Shown in pieces: positions 53,450-64,000 of a stretch of 64,000 nucleotides of DNA. The stretch lies in the NCBI RefSeq assembly GCF_009914755.1, contig NC_060942.1; one strand, 5' to 3'. Both the position numbers and the translations under genes were made by a program. The notes beneath the pieces were generated by a model, which was given only the letters and a program-made list of their open reading frames with translations, did no database searches and was not told where the DNA came from. This DNA is from the human T2T-CHM13v2.0 reference genome, Homo sapiens. Position 1 is the stretch's first letter, and each line of letters opens with the position of its first letter.

Positions 53450-53581
53450 TTTAAAGATTTTTTTAGAGATGTGGTCTCACTATGTTGCCCAGGCTGTCCT
53501 TGAACTCCTGGGCTTAAGCAATCCTCTTGCCTCAGCCTCCTGAGTAGCTGGGACTATAGGTGTATGCCACCCTGCCTGGCT
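53450..53581 (-). mobile_element. FLAM monomer within an MLT1-like LTR (about 52990-53670)
   Basis: gagatgtggtctcactatgttgcccaggc...ctgcctggc. Confidence 0.85.
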
Positions 53582-55821
53582 CTGGGCATATTTCTGACAA
53601 ACAAATCAAGGTTCTGATGGTAAAAAAGGAGAGTGGATACTGGGTAGGTAACTAGCAATGCTTGCCACAAGTAAAACACATGTGAACCGTGGATTATGTT
53701 GTTTTTCCTCTGGATATTTTAGTACTTGAATTTCTTACATAACAAATTGTTTATGGAGCAAGGAAACTATGGAGAGATCCTAAACTAGGGGCTACAAAGC
53801 TGTCCACAGGGCTGGTTTCATTCTACTGGTTCTCAATGGCCATATTATGCCCTTCTTTTTTGTCAACTGCTAGTTAGGACATTGCATTTCAGGAGGAGCA
53901 TATTACTGCCATAGGCCCTGAAAGAATCCTTATCTTAGCAGATGCTAACTGGTATGTTAACCTGCCATCATGTCTGGCCACTCAGCATTCAACTGCCCAT
54001 AACTTTCATTGCTGGTCTTCCTTGACCTGGGACACGTGAGGGATTTGAGGTCAACCAGCTGGTGCAGAGGAAGCACTCAGTAAATATGATCTGCCAGTTT
54101 CATTATTATTACCTCCTCAATTACAACACAAGCTCTTCAAGGGCAGGACTGATGTCTTATACTTTGTATCCCCACTCTGCTTGACTAGGAGAGGATATTG
54201 AATTATCTGCTGATTAATGCAATGTCTTACTTTAACTCATGCCACTGACCTGCACATTAAGGCTACTGCTGTCATCATCTATGTAATTCCACTCATGTGA
54301 CCTAAGCAAAGGATAAATGTATTTTGTTTCCAAGTGTTATCGTCTGTGTGGACTATTTTTCTGGCATCCCCAAGGAAGCAGTTGTATACCCCTAAGGGAG
54401 TCTGGTGATTAAAAGTTTTCGCTTTAGACTTAGACTGAAATTAGCTCTGAGTTGACTAGCAAATCAACTTGCCAAAGGGAGGACTCTGGAACATTCATTT
54501 AGTCTCTTGGAACTTCAGTTTTCTTATCTGGAAAATAAGGCTGATATCTACCTTGGTTGGTGTTGTATGGGCCATGGCCGGGCCTGTCCACATGAAAGCC
54601 CCTCAGTGGGCATGGGTGGAACAGCCCAGGGCCCCATCGTGCAGACAAAGCAGGGACGTAAAGGCCTAGTGAAGCTGGCCCTCCTGAGCAGCACAACCAC
54701 TGCCTCTTACGGTGATGTAAGTTGTTTGGGAATGCTGCCATGGCTGTGAGCACTGAGGGCAGCGGGTCCATGCTCTGTGTTCCTCTGCTCTACTGGGCAA
54801 ATCGTTCTCCTTGGGCTTCTAAGAGCCCTAATCTTTGGTGGAGGCACGGTGAGCTGGAGAGACCTTTGAGGGGAGGGCAAAACCACCTATATATTTTTCT
54901 CTCGTTACTATCTTTCCAGTGTTTGTTGCTTTTGCTGAAGAAAAACCAAACTTGAGTAGAGCCTAAGACATCCTTCTTGACAGCCTGGAACCCAGACCAG
55001 GCTCGCTGAGGTCTGGCCTAGCACTAGTGGTTGCAATAACTCAATTATGTGAGATCATGAGTGTAAAGCCCCTGGCACAGGGCTTGGCATATGGCAGGCT
55101 CTCCATTGGGATTATTTGTGCTATTGTTTCTCCAGTAGCACCTATGAGAAAATTTGTATTTTGTTTTGGAGGAATGAACATGTAAGAGTTCTTTGCAGTT
55201 CCTGGAGATTGAGGCTATGCAAAGCTAAGATTTTTAATTCCTGTTTTTACTACATAATACCAAAACAGGGCACTTGAACATTTTGTAATATTAGGCATGA
55301 AAGCAGCACTGTGAATCGGAGGGATAAAGTCTGAATCAGTTTTCATGGAACCATTCTGCCCCCTAAATTCCAACTTAGCAGAAGATAAAAACCAGGAACA
55401 AAAATAAACATTTTAAGTGGAGCTTCGGATTTCTCGTAATCCACCGTGTTCTTAGAGAGATCAGTGAATTCAATCCCCCTCCGTGGTTTTTTTTTTTTTG
55501 AAAAGATTACTTACTGGGAGGTTACTAGAATATTTCACTTAATTGAACTTGGCCAAAAACAGCTCTGAAACTTCACATCTTAGAAACTTTCTCTCAGTTG
55601 CAGCTTGAAAATCTTGCAAAGAACTTAGACTGGTCTTGTGTGGGTTGGATGTGCACCCCTAAACTAGTCAAATGTGGTGAGAAGGGTCATAAAAAATTTT
55701 TGGCTCCTGCCAGAAACAGAAGGTTAGCAATGCAGGCACAGTTATCTCAAGAGGAAATGCTGAGCAAAGGCACAGCTGACCACTACACACTCATGTGAGA
55801 TTTATGTGGAACATAATAATT

Positions 55822-56090
55822 GGCTGGGCACAGTGGCTCGTGCCTCTGATCCCAATACTTTGGGAGACCAAGGGGCAGATTGCATGAGCCCAGGAATTCA
55901 AGACCATCCTGGGCAGCATGGCAGGACCCTGTCTCTACAAAAACAAAATATTTAAAAATTAGCCCGTGGTTCCAGCTATTCAGGAGGCTGAGGTAAGAGG
56001 GCTGTTTGAACCCAGGAAGTCAAGGAAGCAGTGAGCCATCATTGTACCACTGCACTACAGCTTGCACGACACAGTGAGACCCTGTCTCAA

Positions 56091-56123
<33 letters not shown>
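55822..56123 (+). mobile_element. AluJ with (AAT)n tail
   Basis: Diverged dimer. Confidence 0.9.
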
Positions 56124-56124
<1 letters not shown>

Positions 56125-56379
56125 GCTACAATAATTGATTGAAAGTAATTCAGGAAGAAAAATGTTATACACATTGGGCTCTAACATGGCTCAGAGAGGA
56201 GTTACAGGAGTGAAAGAGCAGAGAGAGAACTAGGGAGAAATAACGAAAACAGAAAAAAACCAGTGAACCACCCCTTCAATCCTCTGCTTCTCTGTTATTA
56301 CACTTCTAATGCATTTATGTAAAATTATGTGTATAGAGTAAAAATTTTAAAAACATAAAATTACAATTTTAAATAATCT

Positions 56380-57530
56380 TGTTATTTTACAATAGTTTTA
56401 TAGAAAATTTGCAAAATTAATACAGAGGGTTCCAACACACTCCCTCACCCAGTTTCTCTTATTATTAATACCTAATGATTACTAATTACTAAAAACTACT
56501 AAGGCACAGTTTTCACATTTAATGAACAAATATTGACATTTTATTAACTACATTCCATACTTTATTCAGATTTCCTTAGTTTTTACCTGATGTCCTTTTC
56601 TGTTTCAGGGCCCCATCCAGGATGCCGCACCCCATGTTTAGGGCCCCATCCAGGGTGCCGCATCTCATGTTTAGGGCCCCATCCAGGGTGCCGCACCCCA
56701 TGTTTAGGGTCCATCCAGGGTGCCGCACCCCATGTTTAGGGCCCCATCGACGATGCCGCACCCCATGTTTAGGGCCCCTTCCAGGGTGCCACACCCCATG
56801 TTTAGGGCCCAGCCAGGGTGCCGCAACTCATGTTTAGGGCCCCTTCCAGGGTGCCGCACCCCATGTTTAGGGCCCCATCCAGGGTGCCGCACATCATGTT
56901 TAGGGCCCCATCCAGGGTGCCGCACCCCATGTTTAGGGCCCCATCCAGGGTGCCGCACCCCATGTTTAGGGCCCCATCCAGAGTGCCGCACCCCATGTTT
57001 AGGGCCCCATCGACGATGCCGCACCCCACGTTTAGGGCCCCTTCCAGGGTGCCGCACCCCATGTTTAGGGCCCAGCCAGGGTGCCGCAACTCATGTTTAG
57101 GGCCCCTTCCAGGGTGCCGCACCCCATGTTTAGGGCCCCATCCAGGGTGCCGCACATCATGTTTAGGGCCCCATCCAGGGTGCCGCACCCCATGTTTAGG
57201 GCCCCATCCAGGGTGCCGCACCGCATGTTTAGGGCCCATCCAGGGTGCCGCACCCCATGCAGTGGTCATGTCTCTACAGGCTTCTCTTGGCTTTGACAGT
57301 TTCTCAGCCTTTTCTCGTTTTTGATGACCTTGGTAGTTTTGAAAAGTACTCACTGGGTATTTTGCCAAATGTTCCTATATTGATATTTGTCTGTTTTTCT
57401 CATGATTAGACTGGGTTTATGAGCACTGGGGAGGAAGTCCGTGTAGCTAAAGTGCCATTCTCATCATGTATCCAGGGTACATACTGTCAGCTTATCACTG
57501 TTGATGTTCACATAGATCACCTGGCTATGC
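56380..57530 (-). mobile_element. L1MC-type 3'UTR hosting a VNTR
   Basis: tttttacctgatgtccttttctgt...[VNTR]...gacagtttctcagcc...ttctcatgattagactgggtt. Confidence 0.8.
56601..57257. repeat. 33-bp minisatellite, 20 units, with a 263-bp higher-order duplication
   Basis: Unit TGTTTAGGGCCCCATCCAGGGTGCCGCACCCCA counted directly. Confidence 0.97.
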
Positions 57531-58115
57531 TATGAGCAGTTTTTAATAAAATAAAACCAATCACAATAGCATGAGAGATAGGACATGATAAGCAAACATG
57601 TATCAGGCAAATCAGGATTTAATTGTATGGTTTCTAACTTTAAGAATATTACTTCTCATCAGCAAGGAGAGGAGCTTTTAAAATGTTGACAGACGATTTC
57701 TAGAATTTCAAGTAATACAGGGATATTCGAGGTAACAGTTTATGTCTGTAAGATTGACAATTACCTGTGTTGGTCCCTTCGTTAATCACATTAGTCAAAT
57801 TCACTGAACATTATCTGCTTAAAGTAAAAACAACTTTAAAAAATTCATGGAATCACTGATGTTTGATGCAATTGGTATTTGATACCAGTCAAGCTAATTA
57901 AATTCTTCTGTAAAAAGAATTTATCTTTTCATGAGTTTACCCAAGAGTAATAATAATTTTAGATTTTAGCCCTTTGAGGCCAATTAAAGGAAATTTTGAT
58001 AACTGATGTTTTCTTTTCATAGTTTTTTTAAATAACAAAGCATTATAAAAATTTAACTACTAATCACTTTCTACACTGTCAAATCATAAGAAAACAAGTT
58101 GAAATTTGGTGCAAA

Positions 58116-58121
58116 TTTATT
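58116..58121 (-). terminator. Candidate distal poly(A) signal for an extended PIGN 3'UTR
   Basis: AATAAA on the - strand followed by U/GU-rich sequence; hexamer evidence only. Confidence 0.35.
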
Positions 58122-58433
58122 TTTCAGGTAAAAGATATAAAACATAAGGTATGAAGGCTTAGTCTATACTCTAGCAGGGCTAGACAATGAGCCATGATGA
58201 ACCGAATGCAATCTGGTACCACTGGCCTTTCCCACATGAAAGACTAAATGATGACAGGTGTAATATATACAGAGGCAGGAAAAATTGCAGGAAATTGTAA
58301 AGTTTTCTCACATTAAGGGTTAAAGTAAAAATGGTATTCCAGTTCTCAGGGAAAAAAATTCAATCAACATACAACACCCTATTTTCAAAACTATGACAAA
58401 TTAAGGTTTTAGTGCAAAATTATATGGAGACAT

Positions 58434-58575
58434 TTCTTTTTGAGGCAGAGTCTCACTTTGTCGCCCAGAGTGGCACCATCTTGGCTCATTGCAAATTCCA
58501 CCTCCCAGGTTCAAGCAATTCTCATGCCTCAGGCTCCTGAGTAGCAAGGATTACAGGAGCCTACCACCCCGCCGG

Positions 58576-58649
<74 letters not shown>

Positions 58650-58769
58650 AGTAGAGATGGGGTTTTGCCATCTTGGCCAGACTGGTCTCGAACTCCTGAC
58701 CTCAAGTGATCCACCCACCTCGGCCTCCCAAAGTGCTGGAATTACAGGGGTGAGCCACCAAGCCCGGCT
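58434..58769 (-). mobile_element. AluS with about (TG)35 (58578-58647) replacing the middle A-rich linker
   Basis: Reverse Alu arms flank the microsatellite. Confidence 0.93.
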
Positions 58770-58979
58770 TTGGAAACATTTCTTATGTTTACCAATCAGG
58801 AAGAAAACTCTAAGACAGGGTCTGCTGTCAAGCTAGTGGAAACTTTTGGCATAATGCTATCTTCCTCCCTTCACAACGTACATCACAAGTTAAATTCCCT
58901 TAGAACTAATGTAAATATACCTATTTAAGGTGGTTTGACTAGATGTTTCTCAAATATATTTAATTAAGAAACTCTTTTC

Positions 58980-59290
<311 letters not shown>

Positions 59291-59656
59291 CTATTTTTAT
59301 TATGACATTTATTTGTATTACAAGGAACCAATGTTCTAAGGGACAATCTCTGATAAATGCTGCTGTGTGGCAAATAAATGCTGCAGTTCTGAAGGTAGAA
59401 AGTTGAGCAGTAACTGTAACCCGTTTTAAGTGTACCCAAGGAAATGAATAAGAGACACATCTCAAAGGTTCTTTTTGTTTCTTTATAGAATGAATATTAA
59501 GTACTTTTCATGAGTTTACCCAAGAGTAATAATAATTCTAGATTTTAGCCCTGTGAGGCCAATTAAAGATAATTTTGATTATTAATGTTTCCTTCTCATT
59601 TTTTTTTTAAATAACAAAGCATCATAAAGAAATCCCAGTCAAAAAAAAATGCTGCT

Positions 59657-59886
59657 GCCTGGAAAACATAGTGAAACCCTGTCTCCATCAAAAAATATTT
59701 TAAAATTAGCTAGGTGTGGGGGCATGTGCCTGTAGTCTCAGCTACTCAGGAGGCTGAGGTGGCAGGATCACTTGAGCCCAGGAGGCAGAGGTTGCAGTGA
59801 GCTGAGATGGTGCCACTGCATTCTAGCCTGAACAAGAGTGAGACCCTGTCTCAAAACAAAAACGAAAAAAAAAAAAAACAAAAAAC
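59657..59886 (+). mobile_element. 5'-truncated Alu
   Basis: End of left arm plus right arm and tail. Confidence 0.9.
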
Positions 59887-61169
59887 CATGCTTATACAGA
59901 AATGGGAAAATGCTACAAAGATATTGCCATAGTACTGAAAGCACACAGCATAACAATCATTAATGCTTTGAAGCATTTTAAAAACAGTAAGGGGAATGTC
60001 AACATAAAAAAGAACAACTACGAAAAGGTGAGAAATGATCAAGTTATCTCTGGTCTCTTAAAAGAAGGAGTTCTCAGAACTGGTCTGAAGGGGTTCTTCT
60101 CCAAATGACAGAGTTGATTAGCTCCATTCTCTTCAGCCCCCTGACATGATGGCATCTAGTGTGAATATGGGAGCTCACCAGGTTCTCCCAAGGACAGGGT
60201 GGCCCTGCAACAGCTACGCCTGTCCTAGAGACCATACCCACGCAATCTCCTTCATTCCCTCTAGGCCAACTTCATCAGAAATCATGTTTTTAATGGCACA
60301 GTTATATGTCAAAAAGGAGGAGAAAAGGAGCCCCTAGTCCACCAAAACAAGTGTAAAAAGGTCGCAGGAGGGGAGGAGGATTGACACTGATGTTCTTAAT
60401 ATCTGAGTTGGCTGAAATTTGTAATAAGTTTTTCATGAGAAACCATATTATAATGGATGAAGAGCTTTTCTAATTCAGCTCTATCATTAATAAATAATTA
60501 TAAAGACATTACTATGAAAATATACAATCATTTATAACATTATTTTCCTAAAAAATAAAAAAGCATTTTGTATTCTAAATACTGTACACTAAGTATAATA
60601 ATTAACATATTGGAAAATGACAGACAAGCTGCAGCGGTTTCCTAAAGCCTTAGGATTCCCTCTAAGGTTTATTCATGGGCCCTCTAAGATGATAGCATGG
60701 CCTTTTTTTGGTTCAATATTTTCACAACTTGTTCTGCCTATTTTAATTCTTATAACAATTCCTAATTTAAACATTGTTAATCAGCAAATGTCCTAAGTCT
60801 TGATTCAGAAATCTATGGCATAGGTAGAATGAAAAAATAAATACCTTAAATAGAAATACTTTTTCCCTAACTCGTTTCTTTTTTCTGTTTTGCAACATAA
60901 AAATATACATTTCAAAACATTTAAAGATATCTGGGAAACTGCAACAGAAAAGGCTTGTTCCCATGTGAGTCTGAAGGGGCCAGTTACGGTGCAGCAAGGC
61001 GAGCCTGTGGCTGCAGGCGCACAACACAAACTCCACAAACTCTATGATACTGTCAGAAGGAAGTTCAACCTATTCTACAGACTCACACTGACCTGAAAGG
61101 ACAAAATTAAGAAAAAGATATGCCTCAAAGAGCAAAATAAAGAAAGATAAAAAAACTGAGCACCCTTTA

Positions 61170-62800
61170 CAATGTTGTAATAAAATATTTATTAATTTCT
61201 CTTTATAAAAATTTGGGAAAAGATAAAAGGCAAAACTACACATAGAAAAAGGTCAGTGATAAGTGTTTATACAGTCAGTTTTTTCTGATGTGTGAAAAAA
61301 ACTGATAAAAAAATCCTTTGAGGTAATATGAAAGTTCATGATTCTCATTCCATCAACATCACTGTTTGCTACCATAGCTTCTTAGTTGTCCAGCTAGATT
61401 TTATGCTATGAACTGATGCATGAGATTTCATAAAACATTAATACCTCTTTTTTATACTACAGTTCTTTCACTGGTATACCATAAAGTAGTATTACAAATA
61501 AATTATGACTATACTTCATCATAAATAGAAATTAAGAAAGTACACTTTGCCAAACTGATTTCTGACTCTTTTAAATTGTATTTATTCACTCCCCACCAAT
61601 TTGAAAAATCTTGTAAATTACAGAGGGTTTCCTAGTCATTAACATGAATTAGTAATGCTATAACTTAATTCAAAAGCAATTACTTCTTAAAAATAGGGCG
61701 CATACCAGGAAAGCTTAGCATCAGCCAAAGCTACTAGCACACCACGGGCAAAAGGCCAACTCTGCAGGGATATGTAAAGGTCATTTTATGGATAATCCAT
61801 ATAAAAACTGCTCTCAAGATATTTTGCCCATTAGAATTTGTTTACAAATGGAAATCTAATTTGATGATTTTAGGCCTTTGTGCTAGAATCTCACAACCAG
61901 AAAGAATAACACCTTTAATATGAATTCTTATGATATTGTCAGAAAGTTTAACAGGAGTTATTTTAACTCCTGTTAAAATAATAGATGACAGTAAAAAGAA
62001 ATTCAAAGGGAAAGAAACAATATACGAAAAAGCTATGGGGTAACAGATGTTGAGCCTACAATTAAAAACTATTTATTTTAAATGTTTTCCTATGTATAAG
62101 ACAGAAATACCAAGCACTTTCTACTTTTGTGTTGTCAGAAATCCCAGGAAAATCCAGAAATGAAAAAAAAAAAGTGAAGGATAGACATGCATCACATGCA
62201 TCTAGCTGGTTGACTGAGAAAACCTGAGAAATAGCACTAAAAAGGATAAGATAGCATTATTGCATACTAAAGAAATATGACAAATACCTGCAAACACTTT
62301 TTTTATTGAAGCTCTTGAAATAATACACCCTGACTGTCTAACAAAACCAGTGCTGAAAGCTGATAAATATTGACGGTGGCACCTGGTGATTTCCTTCCAG
62401 CTCAGCCACAGCAATGACTCTGGATGCCATCAGCACTGCCCCCACAGGCATATGCTCTCCTCTGGGTATGTGGGAAGTTGTGCGACTGGGGACCAGATTG
62501 CTGCAGGTGCTCTCAACATCACTGGGAAGAGCTGCCAGCCAAAGGAAAAAAATGAAAAAGGAGAATGCCTTCCTATGCTTTTCCACAGATATAATCACTA
62601 TTTCATGCCTGCAAAACCTAGAAAAAAAAAAGAAGCTCCTTTGTTCCAGATAACCTGTCAATTCGGAATTCCAAATACCATTTTCCTTACAGGAGTAGAA
62701 TATACTATATATCCATATCCATCTTCTTATTGAAGCCTTGATGAGATTTTAGCTTAAAAGGAGAATCAGGATCCAGATGCTGAATGGTGCTTCAGCAACC
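61170..62800 (-). other. PIGN: PIGN 3'UTR (to the main poly(A) signal)
   Basis: Repeat-free AT-rich sequence following the PIGN stop codon; - strand AATAAA at 62302-62307 and 61188-61193. Confidence 0.75.
61188..61193 (-). terminator. PIGN poly(A) signal
   Basis: AATAAA on the - strand with a downstream U-rich element (ctcagttttttatctttctttattttg). Confidence 0.7.
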
Positions 62801-63055
<255 letters not shown>

Positions 63056-63073
63056 TTATTCCTCCTGCTAAGT

Positions 63074-63794
63074 ACAGCTGTCTGTTGGTATCTGGTTCCA
63101 GGACCTTCAAGTACAGCTGTCCATGGACTGGTTCCAGGACCTTCCACGAATACCCAAATCTTTGAATGCTCAAGTCCCTGATATAAAATGGTGCCGTATT
63201 TGCATATAAGCTATGTATATCCTCCTGTATACTTCAGACCAGGGGTCCCCAAACCTCAGGCAGTGGACTGGTACCAGTCTGTGGCCTGTTAGGAACTGGC
63301 TGCAAAGCAGGAGGTGAGTGGTGGACCAGTGACCATTACTGCCCGAGCTCCGCCTCCTGTCAGATCAGCGGCAGCATTAGATTCTCAGAGGAGCACGAAC
63401 CCTGTCGTGAACTGTGCTTGCAAGGGATCTAGGTTGTGCACTTCTTATGAGAATCTAACGAATGCCTGATGATCTGAGGTGGAACAGTTTCATCCCGAAA
63501 CCATCCCTCACCCCCACATACACAGCGGCGTGTGGAAAAATTGTCTTCCATGAAACTACTCCCTTATGCCAAAAAGGTTGGGGACTGCTTCTTTAGATCA
63601 TCTCTAGATTATTTACAATACCTAATAAAATGTAAATGCCATGTAAATAATTGTTACACTATATTGTTTAGGGAATAATAGAAAGAATAGAAAGTCTGTA
63701 CATGTTCAGTACAGATGCAATTAAAAAAATATTTTCAACCTATAGCTGGCTGAATCCATGATGTGGAACCCAAGGATACAGAGGGCTGACTATA
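63074..63794. mobile_element. MER2 in PIGN intron
   Basis: ggttccaggacc...gctcaagtccctgatataaaatgg...gagggctgactata. Confidence 0.85.
63240..63590. mobile_element. MER1B (hAT-Charlie) nested in MER2
   Basis: caggggtccccaaacc...aaaaaggttggggactgc; 8-bp TSD cttcagac/ctttagat. Confidence 0.9.
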
Positions 63795-64000
63795 CAACTA
63801 AAAATGTTGGACACTATAAACAAACGTAAGACGACTCCAGGTGGTGGAAAGAGGGCAAACTGGTCAGTGATCTTGGGACCCAAAGAATTTCCTGAATTTT
63901 CTTTTGCAGGAAGACAGCAGCAACCTGGAAATGCCACTGGGCACAGACCAAAAAGAAATCCCCAAAAAACAATAATACCACCACCACAAGAGCCTATGCT

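Noticed and set aside
56601-57257. CRISPR-like array (about 33-bp palindromic repeats)
   Set aside because: Units are contiguous with no unique spacers, there are no cas genes, the context is primate DNA, and the unit derives from the flanking L1.
56576-57368. Long repetitive ORFs (up to 188 aa) on both strands
   Set aside because: They result from a stop-poor 33-bp unit; there is no splice or promoter evidence.
58165-58323. Possible piggyBac-like terminus (aagggttaa)
   Set aside because: No matching second terminus or recognisable family was found.

Overview
Primate (most likely human) genomic DNA, rich in Alu, L1, L2, MIR, MaLR/ERV LTRs and DNA-transposon fossils. At the right end, on the - strand, is the last coding exon of PIGN (62801-62924, ...[40 protein letters not shown]) with its 3'UTR, which places the window at 18q21.33 downstream of PIGN if human. 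The main unexpected signal is on the + strand. The repeat-free islands between about 2 kb and 47.6 kb contain a chain of AG...GT/GC-bounded segments, many with compatible splice phases. Their conceptual translation, interrupted by stops and probable frameshifts, resembles the C-terminal GREB1/TAGT-type (GT-A) glycosyltransferase region twice, separated by an acidic linker and possibly a cold-shock-like OB-fold exon. I read this as a decayed multi-exon gene convergent with PIGN that I do not recognise as annotated. The family assignment rests on by-eye alignment to GREB1 recalled from memory and needs an HMM search. Also present: a 20-unit 33-bp VNTR with a 263-bp higher-order repeat born inside an L1MC, a full-length MSTB element, several short templated duplications and hairpins, and inverted Alus in a possible extended PIGN 3'UTR. 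Repeat subfamily names are by-eye calls and many repeat boundaries are approximate.
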